Assembly: GCA_050289605.1 (NCBI GenBank)
Contig: JBNKGB010000006.1
Location: 9,167-73,166 of the forward strand
Origin: Roseibium sp.
GTDB lineage: Bacteria > Pseudomonadota > Alphaproteobacteria > Rhizobiales > Stappiaceae
DNA length: 64,000 nt
Direction: 5' to 3'
Shown here: positions 33,852 through 44,046 of the stretch, piece after piece
Position numbering within the stretch: the stretch's first letter is position 1
Layout: every line of letters starts with the position of its first letter
The notes under the pieces: model-generated
Told to the model about the DNA's origin: nothing
Databases searched by the model: none
What the model saw: the letters and a program-made list of their open reading frames with translations, nothing else
Program-made: the position numbers and the translations under genes

Positions 33852-33866
33852 CTAATTTAATATTAA
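33852..33866. promoter_or_regulatory. candidate CtrA box upstream of the PAS-MCP pair
   Basis: CTAA-N7-TTAA, one mismatch to TTAA-N7-TTAA, in an AT-rich tract. Confidence 0.35.
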
Positions 33867-34512
33867 TGCTTAAGTTTTGCTCACTTCTTCCAAAACTATT
33901 TGCAATGTAAAAAATAGCGATAGTACCGCCAATAGACTATTCAGTTTTGGCGGCATCCAGCATTCTCCATGAAAATCGAGATCCATTTCTCGTGTGGAAT
34001 ATCTTTTTGCCGCCAGTTGCGCGCTGCGCCGAAAACGATACAACCATAAGGCGAACCCCGCTTGCTTCCAGCAACTTTTAGGGGTTGGCTCGAAAGTTGT
34101 TGCCGAAAAATCAAGCTAGGAAAAACCGTCAGGTTCAACGTGACCAAAATCATGAACGCAGACACCAGAAGGGAAGCCAGCAAGAGAAAATAATTCAACG
34201 GATTGACTTTGGCCGTGAACCGAAATGCCCCACCTCCTTCAGTCTCTACGCGATTCAAAACCGCGTAGAACGCAATCATTAATTCGATGAACAAGATCAT
34301 CACGAAGACGGCTGACTGAATACCTTTGTCGCGTTCCTGTCCCTTTGCTATTCCGCAAATCTCCCTTGGATAGCCACCTGCAAGCGAAAGTTTTCAGGTC
34401 AACCGCTTCAGGAAACAGGCTTCGCGACTATCCCGGTCCTTTGAGAGCGCAACGGACTGAAAATTTGGCCCCGGCAATGCATCCTTCCTCAATGAAACGA
34501 GAAAAGGACAAA

Positions 34513-34541
34513 GAAAAAGGCGGAACATTCGTCCCGCCTTC
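34513..34541 (-). terminator. intrinsic terminator after ilvD
   Basis: Minus strand AAGGCGGGAC-GAAT-GTTCCGCCTTTTT. Confidence 0.7.
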
Positions 34542-34567
34542 GTAGCTGCTACATCTTTTGTGGCGGG

Positions 34568-36412
34568 TCAATCCACTTGCCGGAACGCGCCCTTGGAGGC
34601 GCTGGTGGTCAGCTTTGCATAGGCACGCAGGGCCGTTGAAATCTTGCGCGTGCGCTTTTCAATCGGCTTCCAGGCGTCGCCACCCTTGGCATCCATCGCG
34701 GCGCGGCGCTTGGCCAGAACCTCGTCGGAGACGTCCACTTTCAGGACGCGGTTCGGAATGTCGATGACGATGGTGTCGCCCTCTTCCACCAGACCGATCG
34801 CGCCGCCTTCGGCCGCTTCCGGCGATATGTGACCGATGGAAAGTCCCGAGGATCCGCCGGAGAAACGCCCGTCGGTGATCAGGGCGCAGGCTTTTCCGAG
34901 CCCCTTGGACTTCAGGTAGCTGGTCGGATAGAGCATTTCCTGCATGCCCGGCCCGCCGCGCGGACCTTCATAGCGGATCAGAACCACGTCGCCCGAATTG
35001 ACCTTGTTGGTCAGGATGGCGGAGACGGCACTGTCCTGGCTTTCGAAAATCCGGGCCGGGCCGGAGAAGGTCAGGATGCTTTCGTCGACGCCGGCGGTCT
35101 TCACCACACAACCATCCTCGGCGATGTTGCCGTAAAGAACGGCAAGACCTCCATCCTTGCTGTAGGCATGATCTGCATCGCGGATCACACCGGACTGCCG
35201 GTCGAGGTCGAGTTCGTCCCAGCGGCGCGCCTGGCTGAAGGCGACCTGCGTCGGCACGCCGCCTGGAGCTGCCTTGTAGAAGGTGTGCACGCTTTCCGAA
35301 TTCGTCTGCCGGATGTCCCAGCGGGCGAGCGCTTCCTTCATTGTTGCGGAGTGAACCGTCGGCAAATCAGAGTGCAGCAGGCCGGCCCGGTCGAGTTCAC
35401 CCAGAATGCCCATGATGCCACCGGCGCGGTGCACGTCTTCCATGTGGATGTTGGCAACGGCCGGCGCGACCTTGCAGAGCACCGGAACCTTCTTGGACAG
35501 CCGGTCGATGTCATCCATCGTGAAGCCGACCTCGCCTTCGTGGGAGGCCGCCAGAAGGTGGAGAATAGTGTTGGTGGAACCGCCCATGGAAATATCCAGG
35601 CTCATGGCGTTTTCAAAGGCCTTGAAGCTGGCAATATTGCGCGGCAGGACGCTATCGTCGTCCTGTTCGTAGTAGCGCTTGGCAAGATCGACGATCAGGT
35701 GGCCGGCTTCCACGAACAGTCGTTCGCGGTCCGCATGGGTTGCCAGCGTCGAGCCATTGCCCGGAAGCGCAAGCCCGAGGGCTTCCGTCAGGCAGTTCAT
35801 GGAGTTGGCGGTGAACATTCCGGAGCACGACCCGCAGGTCGGACAGGCGTTCTGTTCCATGGTCAGAACGTCGGCATCGGACATCCGGTCGTCGGCGGCG
35901 GCCACCATGGCGTCGATCAGGTCGACGGCCTTGGCCTCGCCGCTCTCCAGAACGACCTTGCCGGCTTCCATCGGTCCGCCGGACACGAACACGACCGGAA
36001 TGTTCAGCCGCATGGCTGCGTTGAGCATGCCCGGGGTGATCTTGTCGCAGTTGGAAATGCAGACGAGTGCATCGGCGCAGTGGCCGTTGACCATGTATTC
36101 GACCGCGTCGGAAATGACCTCGCGCGAGGGCAGCGAATAGAGCATGCCGTCGTGGCCCATGGCGATGCCGTCGTCGACGGCGATCGTGTTGAACTCCTTG
36201 GCGACGCCGCCGGCCTTTTCCACTTCGCGCGCGACGAGTTGGCCGAGATCCTTCAGGTGAACGTGACCCGGGACGAACTGGGTGAAGGAGTTGGCGATCG
36301 CAATGATCGGCTTGCCGAAATCACCATCCTTCATGCCCGTGGCGCGCCACAACCCGCGCGCACCGGCCATGTTGCGGCCATGGGTGGAAGTTCTGGAACG
36401 ATACGGGGGCAT
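34568..36412 (-). CDS. ilvD: dihydroxy-acid dehydratase
   Basis: [41 protein letters not shown] and TDGRFSG motifs. Confidence 0.96.
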   Translation of the reverse strand: MPPYRSRTSTHGRNMAGARGLWRATGMKDGDFGKPIIAIANSFTQFVPGHVHLKDLGQLVAREVEKAGGVAKEFNTIAVDDGIAMGHDGMLYSLPSREVISDAVEYMVNGHCADALVCISNCDKITPGMLNAAMRLNIPVVFVSGGPMEAGKVVLESGEAKAVDLIDAMVAAADDRMSDADVLTMEQNACPTCGSCSGMFTANSMNCLTEALGLALPGNGSTLATHADRERLFVEAGHLIVDLAKRYYEQDDDSVLPRNIASFKAFENAMSLDISMGGSTNTILHLLAASHEGEVGFTMDDIDRLSKKVPVLCKVAPAVANIHMEDVHRAGGIMGILGELDRAGLLHSDLPTVHSATMKEALARWDIRQTNSESVHTFYKAAPGGVPTQVAFSQARRWDELDLDRQSGVIRDADHAYSKDGGLAVLYGNIAEDGCVVKTAGVDESILTFSGPARIFESQDSAVSAILTNKVNSGDVVLIRYEGPRGGPGMQEMLYPTSYLKSKGLGKACALITDGRFSGGSSGLSIGHISPEAAEGGAIGLVEEGDTIVIDIPNRVLKVDVSDEVLAKRRAAMDAKGGDAWKPIEKRTRKISTALRAYAKLTTSASKGAFRQVD

Positions 36413-36803
36413 ACAAGTCTCTCCCTGGATTGGCAGGCTTCCCGCAGCTTCGGGGGGCTTTCCCGATCCGAAGCACAGCGGGTATCCGCGCCCGATTTTG
36501 GTCTGGCACAGGGTGTGACAGGTTTTTGCCCGGAACAAAAGGCCCGAAAACGAAAAAAGAGTACGCTCCGGTACGGTAGCGTGATTTCGTCCCGGCCTTC
36601 TCCCGGATGGTGTGCGCCTCCCGCCATCCGCACGATGAAAGCCTCATCCGCTCCCGGCCTGGCACTCTTCGTGCGGGAAAGACGGGAATGCCGGCATCCG
36701 GGGTGCAAAAAAGAAAGCCGGTGCGGGTCGAAACCAGCACCGGCTGTCCTTCAGACTGCGCCGAAGGGGGGGTGGATGTCACGCAGCCTGAAACAGGTCC
36801 CTG

Positions 36804-37910
36804 CTATTCGGCCGCGACGGCGACCTCTTCCAGTGTCGGATAGTCCGTATAGCCCTTGACGCCGCCGCCGTAGAGCGTGTCCGGATCGAGCGCATTCAGG
36901 GGCGCGTTCCGTTCGAGCCGCGCGACGAGATCCGGATTGGAAATGAACGGCCGTCCGAAGGCGACCAGATCAACTGCACCGTCCTCGACGGCCTTGATGG
37001 CGCTCGCGCGGTCGTAGCCGTTGTTGCCCATTCTGGCCCCGTCGAAGAGCGCATAGAGCGCGCCAAGATCACCGCCTTCGGGTATGTCGCGCGGTCCGCC
37101 GGTCTGCCCTTCCACCAGATGGAGATAGGCCAGCTTGTAGCCGTTCAGCAGCCGGATCGCATGGGCGAATGTTTCCTGCGGGTTGCTGTCGGCGATGTCA
37201 TTGGCGTTTGAGAACGGGCTGAGGCGAATGCCGACCCGGTCACCACCGAGCACGCCGACCACCGCGTCCACCACTTCCTTCAGGAAGCGGGTGCGGTTTT
37301 CGATGGACCCGCCGTAGGCATCCTCACGCTTGTTGGAACCGTCGCGCAGAAACTGGTCGATTAGATAGCCGTTGGCCGCATGGATCTCCACTCCGTCGAA
37401 ACCGGCTTTCCTGGCGTGGTCGGCCGCTTTCCGGTAGTCCTCGACGATGCCGGGGATTTCGGAGATATCCAACGCCCTCGGGGTCGGCGTATCGACGAAT
37501 TGCGTACCGTCAAAGGTCTTTGACTTGGCGGCGATGGCGGACGGCGCGACAGGATCAGCACCGCCCGGCTGAAGGACGGGATGAGAAATCCGGCCCACAT
37601 GCCAGAGCTGGATGACGATCTTGCCGCCTTCGGCATGCACCGCATCCGTCACCTTTTTCCAGCCTTCGACCTGCGCATCGGAATAGATGCCCGGCGTCCA
37701 TGCGTAGCCCTTGCCCTGCGGCGAAATCTGCGAGGCCTCCGTGACGATGAGACCTGCCCCTGCCCGCTGGCGGTAATAGTCCACGTGAATATCAAAAGGC
37801 GCATCGTCCTCCGCGCGGGCACGGTTGCGCGTCAGCGGGGCCATGACCACCCGGTTCCTCAATTCGATGGCACCGGCCTTTGCCGGCGAAAACAGCTTCG
37901 CATCTGACAT
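36804..37910 (-). CDS. old yellow enzyme / alkene reductase (NemA-like)
   Basis: MAPLTRNRA, QLWHVGR, EIHAANGYL and FGRPFISNPDL motifs. Confidence 0.93.
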   Translation of the reverse strand: MSDAKLFSPAKAGAIELRNRVVMAPLTRNRARAEDDAPFDIHVDYYRQRAGAGLIVTEASQISPQGKGYAWTPGIYSDAQVEGWKKVTDAVHAEGGKIVIQLWHVGRISHPVLQPGGADPVAPSAIAAKSKTFDGTQFVDTPTPRALDISEIPGIVEDYRKAADHARKAGFDGVEIHAANGYLIDQFLRDGSNKREDAYGGSIENRTRFLKEVVDAVVGVLGGDRVGIRLSPFSNANDIADSNPQETFAHAIRLLNGYKLAYLHLVEGQTGGPRDIPEGGDLGALYALFDGARMGNNGYDRASAIKAVEDGAVDLVAFGRPFISNPDLVARLERNAPLNALDPDTLYGGGVKGYTDYPTLEEVAVAAE

Positions 37911-37955
37911 TGTCGACTTTCCTTTGCTGTTGCGGAGACAATTTCCGCGTATTTC

Positions 37956-37970
37956 TGGACTATTCAGTCC
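37956..37970. promoter_or_regulatory. candidate TetR operator TGGAC-N4-CAGTCC, copy 1
   Basis: GGAC-N6-GTCC palindrome upstream of the OYE gene; the same motif occurs upstream of tetR. Confidence 0.55.
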
Positions 37971-38033
37971 CTAATTGGACACAGGCCGTCATCGAACAGA
38001 GCCCGACGACGCTGTCTTGCTTCAAATGACCTT

Positions 38034-38633
38034 CTAGGTGGGAAGCACCATGCTTGCCTGTTTCAGGGTGTCGGCGATCCGGTCAGCCGGAAATCCGGCC
38101 TTGCGGAGCGCCAGGGTTCCGATGGCGAGCGTGGAATAGGCTCTCGCCCGGTCGCGCGCCGCTTCGGGATTCTGCGGATCGAGAGCCTTGGCGAATATCT
38201 CCTCGATGCTCTCCAGATGGCGGCGGCCGAGTTCGGCGACCTTCTCATCGTGCGGTGCAAGCTCGGTGATGCAATTGACCAGAAGGCAACCTCTCGTCCC
38301 ACCATCGGGATCGGAAATGGCCTGCATCATTGCATCGATCGCATTGCCCTCGGCGGTTTCCGCAACTTCCATCAGCTTACGGATCCCGTTGTTGGAATAA
38401 TGCTGCACGGCCCTGAGGAACAGGGATTGCTTGTCACCGAAAGCACCGTAGAAGCTCGACCGACTGAGACCCATGGCCTTGGTCAGGTCGTCCAGAGACG
38501 TGGCTTCGAACCCCTTCTGCCAAAAGACATTCATCGCGGCTTCGAGAGCGGCAGCTTCATCGAAGTTACGCGGCCGTCCCGGTCCATGTGTCGCTTTTGA
38601 AGCGGAGGGGGTATGTGCCTGGGTCTGTGACAT
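38034..38633 (-). CDS. TetR-family regulator (NemR/ComR-like)
   Basis: GRPRNFD..FWQKGFEATSLDDL..SSFYGAFGDK; GCLLVN. Confidence 0.92.
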   Translation of the reverse strand: MSQTQAHTPSASKATHGPGRPRNFDEAAALEAAMNVFWQKGFEATSLDDLTKAMGLSRSSFYGAFGDKQSLFLRAVQHYSNNGIRKLMEVAETAEGNAIDAMMQAISDPDGGTRGCLLVNCITELAPHDEKVAELGRRHLESIEEIFAKALDPQNPEAARDRARAYSTLAIGTLALRKAGFPADRIADTLKQASMVLPT

Positions 38634-38644
38634 GCACCAAGATA

Positions 38645-38659
38645 TGGACCGTGCAGTCC
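38645..38659. promoter_or_regulatory. candidate TetR operator TGGAC-N4-CAGTCC, copy 2
   Basis: TGGACCGTGCAGTCC lies 12 nt upstream of the tetR start. Confidence 0.55.
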
Positions 38660-38740
38660 GGAATGCAAGGTCGACGAAAAATATTTTTGGACTGACCGTT
38701 TCAAAACCTACAGGGAACGCCCACCGGCAGTGCCCCTGCC

Positions 38741-39931
38741 CTACATGCGGCAGGACCCGGAATAGGCATCGCCGACATCGTCGAAGACACGGGCGGTGGC
38801 TTCCATCTCGTAGATCCGGCTGGTGCGCCGAACTCCCTCAACGACGTAGAAATCCTGGATCGGAAACTGGTTGGAATTGAACCGGAAGTCTCCTCGCACG
38901 CTTTCGAACGGAGCCGCGCTGATGGCGGAGATGAGCGCTTCCCGATCCTTCACACCGCCGGTCAGCTCCAGCGCGAAATGGATGAGTTTGGCTGCGTCAT
39001 AGCCTTCCGCCGCATAGACCGAGGGCTGGTACTTGTATTCCCGGCCGAACTCGCGAACGAACCTCTTGTTCGCCGGATTGTCCAGGTTCGGCGCCCACTG
39101 GGAAGCCGACAGAAGGCCTTCCGCCATCTCACCCGTGTACGGCAGGGTCACCGCGTTGATGGTCCTGGCGGACAGGAACGGGATCAACCCCTTCAGGCCG
39201 GACGTGTGAAACTGCCTGACGAGTTCGACGCCCATTCCGCCTGGCATGAAGGCATAGATCGCGTCCGGTTCGATCGCACCGATCTGCTTGAACTCCTCGG
39301 AAAAATCCGTCTGGCCGAGTTTCGGAAACAGCTCCCGCGCGATCTGTCCCTTGAAGTGGCGCCGGAAGGCGGCGACCGCATCACGGGCAGCTTCGTAGTC
39401 CGGGGCGATTGTCACTACCTGCTGGTAGCCTTTCAGGCTCGCGTAGCGGCCCATAGTCTCGTGGACCTGGTCGTCCTGCGAGGCGGTGGAAAAGAAATAG
39501 CGGCTGCAGTTCTTTCCCGCGATCGGCGCGGGCGCGGAATGCGTGCCGATGAAGAGCGTCTTGGAGCGCACGACCGGATCGTGCACTGCCAGCATGATCT
39601 TCGAGAAGTTCACGCCCACGAGAACGTCGATGCCATTTTCTTCGATCAGCTTTCTGGCCTGCTCGACCGCATACTCCGGGTCCAGCTTGTCGTCGACAAC
39701 GATGACATTGGTCGGAAGACCGCCCAGCGCGCCGTTGGATTGCTTGACTGCCAGCATGAAGCCGTCGCGGATCTGTTCGCCGTAGACGGCTGCGGGTCCG
39801 GAGAGCGTCGCCATGAAGCCGACCTTGAGCTCCGGCGCATCCTGCGCAAGGCTCGCCTGGGCCGTCAGGCACAAGCCAGCGGCCACACCGGCTGCCCGCG
39901 CAATTATCTGCCTGATCCGGAGTATCATCAT
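38741..39931 (-). CDS. ABC transporter substrate-binding protein (LivJ/aromatic-acid type)
   Basis: Signal peptide; KVGFMATLSGP, VVDDKLDP, APDYEA and FESVRGDFRF motifs. Confidence 0.88.
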   Translation of the reverse strand: MMILRIRQIIARAAGVAAGLCLTAQASLAQDAPELKVGFMATLSGPAAVYGEQIRDGFMLAVKQSNGALGGLPTNVIVVDDKLDPEYAVEQARKLIEENGIDVLVGVNFSKIMLAVHDPVVRSKTLFIGTHSAPAPIAGKNCSRYFFSTASQDDQVHETMGRYASLKGYQQVVTIAPDYEAARDAVAAFRRHFKGQIARELFPKLGQTDFSEEFKQIGAIEPDAIYAFMPGGMGVELVRQFHTSGLKGLIPFLSARTINAVTLPYTGEMAEGLLSASQWAPNLDNPANKRFVREFGREYKYQPSVYAAEGYDAAKLIHFALELTGGVKDREALISAISAAPFESVRGDFRFNSNQFPIQDFYVVEGVRRTSRIYEMEATARVFDDVGDAYSGSCRM

Positions 39932-40193
39932 CTCTTGCCCACCGTTCCGGTTTCTTTTCCGGTCGTCACCAGGCTCAAAAATGCCCGAAATCCGCCGTTC
40001 CGCCTAAGTATGGCCCAGACTGGTTAGGCTTTTGCAAACAGCGGACCGGAACGGCCGTCTTCCGCTCTTCCCGTAAAATTCCTCACGGAAGCCACAATCC
40101 GGCCCGTGTAGCGACGTATTGGCAAAGGTTAATAGCCTTGTCAGACCGGCAACCGAGCAGAACCAAGTCAATCCGCATTTCCAGGAGGGCCAC

Positions 40194-41390
40194 ATGTACG
40201 CCGTATCCGCGCCTGCCAAAACTTGCGACCTTCAATCGGACTTCAGACCGGACAATGCAAATCGCCCCGGACCGGATAACGGTTCGGATCCCGCCGCAGC
40301 GATCTTTCCGCAAGAAGAACCGCCGAATGAAATCAGGGCAATGGAAGGAAGCGAACTCGCGGCGAAGATCCTGCAGCTTCATGCCGCCGCAGAGGAATCG
40401 GCTACAGCCGAGTCCCGCAGCCCGAAGCTTGTTGTCGATCCCGATGACGCGGATCTCGACATTCCCGGCGTCCTGCGCCGACCGCGTGTAAACTTTTCGC
40501 CGCCGCTGGAGGCGCCGCGGCCCGCGCTCGACAGAGTGAGACAGGCCGCCGCCGGTACGTTCCGCCAGGGACCAAGCCTGAGAACGCTCGTGGCCGGGAC
40601 CGTGCTGGTAACCGTCTGCGGGGTCGCCGCAATAGCCGTCGGAATGCCGGGTCTTTTGCTCAATGGCGACGACGCGAGCCTGCAAGTCGAAACCCAACGG
40701 ATAGTGGCCGAACCGACGATCGGAAGCCTGATCGATGCTAACATTGCCATCCAGGGAGAACAGTTGTCGGGCGCACTAAAACCGGCCCTCCCGTTTGTTG
40801 CCGAAGCCGACCCAGCGCAGATCGCCAATGCGAAGGAACGTATTCGCGAAGCGTTCGCTCAACGTGAATTCAGCAGTTCCGAAAGACTGACCACTGCGTT
40901 CCCCCGACAGGATGCCGCCGGCCATGTCAGGAAGGCGCAATTTCGGCTCGAAACACCAACGACAAGGTCGCCGCTCCGTCCGCAGGAGCAACCGTCCGCA
41001 ATCGCAATCGCCGCTACCAGCCCGGAAGCCCATAGCGTCTCCAGCCCCGTCCTTCCCGGTCCATCCTCCTCAGGTGCGGAGCGTGCCGTCGGGGATCTAC
41101 GGCTTCCCTCCGAAGCTGCATCGTCTGAAGGCACCACAAGCCCGTCGATCCAGACGGCAGAGGCCTCCGCCTTGCCCTCCGAGGAGGCCTTCCCCAACAG
41201 GGCAAGGACCCTGGCCTCGGTCAATCTGCGGCAGGACGCGGAGAAGGATGCGCCGGTCACTGCGGTCATTGCCGCGGGGACGGAGATCCGCTTTAACGAA
41301 TGCGGGGTTTGGTGGTGCGGCGTTTCGTACAAAGGGCAGACCGGATATGTCGGCCAGAAGTACCTGGACCGTGCAGAGGCAGCGCAATGA
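40194..41390 (+). CDS. membrane-anchored protein with a C-terminal SH3b domain
   Basis: GGAGG RBS; one TM segment; Pro/Ser-rich linker; VNLRQ...C..WWCGVSYKGQTGYVGQKYL. Confidence 0.7.
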   Translation: MYAVSAPAKTCDLQSDFRPDNANRPGPDNGSDPAAAIFPQEEPPNEIRAMEGSELAAKILQLHAAAEESATAESRSPKLVVDPDDADLDIPGVLRRPRVNFSPPLEAPRPALDRVRQAAAGTFRQGPSLRTLVAGTVLVTVCGVAAIAVGMPGLLLNGDDASLQVETQRIVAEPTIGSLIDANIAIQGEQLSGALKPALPFVAEADPAQIANAKERIREAFAQREFSSSERLTTAFPRQDAAGHVRKAQFRLETPTTRSPLRPQEQPSAIAIAATSPEAHSVSSPVLPGPSSSGAERAVGDLRLPSEAASSEGTTSPSIQTAEASALPSEEAFPNRARTLASVNLRQDAEKDAPVTAVIAAGTEIRFNECGVWWCGVSYKGQTGYVGQKYLDRAEAAQ

Positions 41391-41476
41391 CCTCCCAGGA
41401 CCCACCCCGGGGGTAGAAGCTTGTTAAGGTGGACGAATTAGGGTGAACCTCTACCAGCGCCTTCGGGAGACGGATC

Positions 41477-41944
41477 ATGCTTCACCTTCGCAAAGGCTGC
41501 CTTGCCGTCCTCCTGACTGCCGGCAGCATCTCCCCCCTGCCCGCCCTCGCGGACGGAACGGATTGTGTCACCTATGCGACCGACTACGCCAACGCCCATA
41601 TGGGCAGCGGTGACGTTGTCGGCGACGCCGTTTCGGGTGGCATGGCCGGCGCGGTGGCTGGCGGCGCCTGGCAGGGACCGTCAGGTGCTTATCGCGGCGC
41701 ACGCGCAGGAGCCGCGCTCGGCGTGCTGAACAATCTCGGCTCCATGCCGGGCGGCTGGCAATCGCTCTACGACATGGCCTACCAGATGTGCGAACAGCAG
41801 ACCTCGGGCATCAACGCCGATCCGCTCCCTAACCTCGCACCTCCTGCAGCGGACTGCCGCTCTTCGGCCACCGTGAACGCCCCGATGCGCAGGGCTCCGG
41901 ACGGCAGCATCGTCGCAGGGTCCGGTCTCGGCAGCTGCCGTTAG
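41477..41944 (+). CDS. exported glycine-zipper hypothetical protein
   Basis: Signal peptide (ALA); GGMAGAVAGG..GARAGAALG; four Cys in the mature protein. Confidence 0.65.
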   Translation: MLHLRKGCLAVLLTAGSISPLPALADGTDCVTYATDYANAHMGSGDVVGDAVSGGMAGAVAGGAWQGPSGAYRGARAGAALGVLNNLGSMPGGWQSLYDMAYQMCEQQTSGINADPLPNLAPPAADCRSSATVNAPMRRAPDGSIVAGSGLGSCR

Positions 41945-42096
41945 GTTCCACCCGGCATTGTCTCTGCCGCGTTTCAAGGTGCGCGTTGTCGGCATGGAAC
42001 CGCCGGACGGTTGACCTTGGCAGCGAAGCACTGTCAACCTTGGCCGATTCCGAAGGGATTCTCCTTCCCGCGACTCAATTGACGACAGGACTTTTC

Positions 42097-43293
42097 ATGA
42101 CCCGCCGTGCTTCCGTTGCTCCTCGCCTCGTTGCCGCTGCCCTCGCCGGCATCTGCCTGACCGCCACGCCCTCCCTTGCCAAACAATGCGGTGGCGATTT
42201 CCGGCAGTTCCTCGCCGGGGTCAAGCAGGACGCCGTCGCCCAGGGTCTTTCCGCCAGGGCCGCAGACCTGACCCTTGCCGGGGCACAGATCGACAAGAAA
42301 GTTTTGGCCCGGGACCGTTCCCAGGGTGTCTTCAAGATGGCCTTCCTGGATTTTTCAAAGAGGGTCATTTCCGACTACCGGATGAAGAACGGCGCGGCGA
42401 ACATGAAGAAATACGCAAGCGTGTTTCAGCGCACGGAAAAGGAATACGGCGTTCCCGCCCCGGTCATCACCGCCTTCTGGGCGCTTGAGACGGATTACGG
42501 TGCGGTCCAGGGCGATTTCAACACGGTCAATGCCCTGGCAACGCTTTCCCACGATTGCCGCCGTCCGGAACTGTTCCGGCCGCAACTCATTGCCGCCATC
42601 GAAATGGTTCAGCACGGCGACCTCGACCCGCGCAATACCACCGGAGCTTGGGCAGGCGAAATCGGCATGGTGCAGATGCTGCCAGAAGACATCATCAAGT
42701 TCGGTCGCGACGGCGATGGCGACGGGCATGTTCGGCTGAAGGAGAGCGCGCCGGACGCGATCCTGACCGCCGGCGCCTTCATCCAGCATCTCGGCTGGCA
42801 ACCGGGCCAGCCCTGGCTGCAGGAAGTGACCGTTCCTCAAAATCTCGACTGGTCCCAAAGCGGTCTCGACACGACAAAGACGGGCGCCGAATGGGCGGCC
42901 CTCGGGGTCACCTCACGCTCAGGGAAAATTTCTTCCAACCTGCCGGCGTCCCTGTTGTTGCCACAGGGGCGCAAGGGTCCGGCCTTCCTCGCCTATCCCA
43001 ATTACGGTATCTATCTGAAATGGAACCAGTCCTTCATCTACACGACGACGGCAGCCTATTTCGCGAGCCGTCTGGCAGGTGCACCGCGTTATGATGCGGG
43101 CAATCCGGAACCGGGCCTCAGCGATGCCCAGATGAAGCAGCTGCAGCAGAAACTTGCCGGCATGGGCTACGACGTCGGCAAGATCGACGGCATTTTGGGC
43201 GCAGGCACCCGGTCAGCGGTGCAGGAAGTGCAGAAAAAAGTCGGTCTCCCGGCAGATGCCTGGCCGACCGAAGCGCTGCTCGGAAGGCTTTGA
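42097..43293 (+). CDS. lytic murein transglycosylase (MltB/SltB family) with a PG-binding domain
   Basis: FWALETDYG, GAWAGEIG.VQ, DGDGDG and KIDGILG motifs. Confidence 0.92.
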   Translation: MTRRASVAPRLVAAALAGICLTATPSLAKQCGGDFRQFLAGVKQDAVAQGLSARAADLTLAGAQIDKKVLARDRSQGVFKMAFLDFSKRVISDYRMKNGAANMKKYASVFQRTEKEYGVPAPVITAFWALETDYGAVQGDFNTVNALATLSHDCRRPELFRPQLIAAIEMVQHGDLDPRNTTGAWAGEIGMVQMLPEDIIKFGRDGDGDGHVRLKESAPDAILTAGAFIQHLGWQPGQPWLQEVTVPQNLDWSQSGLDTTKTGAEWAALGVTSRSGKISSNLPASLLLPQGRKGPAFLAYPNYGIYLKWNQSFIYTTTAAYFASRLAGAPRYDAGNPEPGLSDAQMKQLQQKLAGMGYDVGKIDGILGAGTRSAVQEVQKKVGLPADAWPTEALLGRL

Positions 43294-43305
43294 GGATTCG
43301 ACAGG

Positions 43306-43333
43306 AAAGGCGGGAGCAATTCCCGCCTTTTTT
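43306..43333. terminator. intrinsic terminator between convergent genes
   Basis: AAAGGCGGGA-GCAAT-TCCCGCCTTTTTT. Confidence 0.8.
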
Positions 43334-43361
43334 GAGCATGCGCGTTTCCGATGCCGATGGC

Positions 43362-43910
43362 CTACTCCACCTTCGCCTTGTCCGCCCCAGGAGCATCCTC
43401 GTTGACGGTCGCCTGGCCGCCGTCACCGAGCAGGAAGACTGCAAGGATCTTTGCCGGCCCCTCGCCCGTGTTCCGACCCTGGTGGGTCACGTCCATGGCC
43501 TCGAGAATACCTTCACCCTGACGGTAGACCCTCTTGCCGACTTCCTCGTAGGTGACCGTGATTTCCCCTTCAAGGACATAGGCAAAGAGTGGTGCGTGAT
43601 GCTGATGCCAGGCGGTCTCCTCGCCCGGCGCCATCGTGACGACAAGCGCCTTCACGGACGGATTGTCCTGCGGAAAAGCAACTTTCTCGCCGGCAACTGT
43701 CATGTCCCCGGAAAAGACCTCCTGCACATTCTTGTAAGGCGTGGCAGCGGATGCTTCTTCTTCGAGGGCAGCCTTCGAACCGGGTTTGGCGTGCGGCTTC
43801 GAAGGTGCGGGTTTTTCTTCCGGCGTGACCGACTTGTCGGCGGCGATCGCCGGCGCCGCCATCAACGCGCCGGACAGAACCATGAGAAATGCAAAGCTCG
43901 GAAGCTTCAT
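43362..43910 (-). CDS. exported cupin-domain protein
   Basis: Signal peptide; PGEETAWHQH..YVLEGEI..EAMDVTHQGRN. Confidence 0.85.
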   Translation of the reverse strand: MKLPSFAFLMVLSGALMAAPAIAADKSVTPEEKPAPSKPHAKPGSKAALEEEASAATPYKNVQEVFSGDMTVAGEKVAFPQDNPSVKALVVTMAPGEETAWHQHHAPLFAYVLEGEITVTYEEVGKRVYRQGEGILEAMDVTHQGRNTGEGPAKILAVFLLGDGGQATVNEDAPGADKAKVE

Positions 43911-44046
43911 TTTTATCCCCGTTCACAAATTCTCGATCCGGACTTTCCGGATCCGATATCTCCAACTGGCCGACACCAAGGAACAGACCGTTACTTTGCA
44001 CGACCTTTGCAAGATCAACAACATTTATCGCAATGACTTGAACACC

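Noticed and set aside
36413-36800. Short ORFs and a GTAC-N6-GTAC motif upstream of ilvD
   Set aside because: No Ile/Leu/Val-rich leader peptide or convincing attenuator was found, and the motif is too short to assign.
34829-36859. 676-aa plus-strand ORF
   Set aside because: Antisense shadow of ilvD with no recognisable motif.
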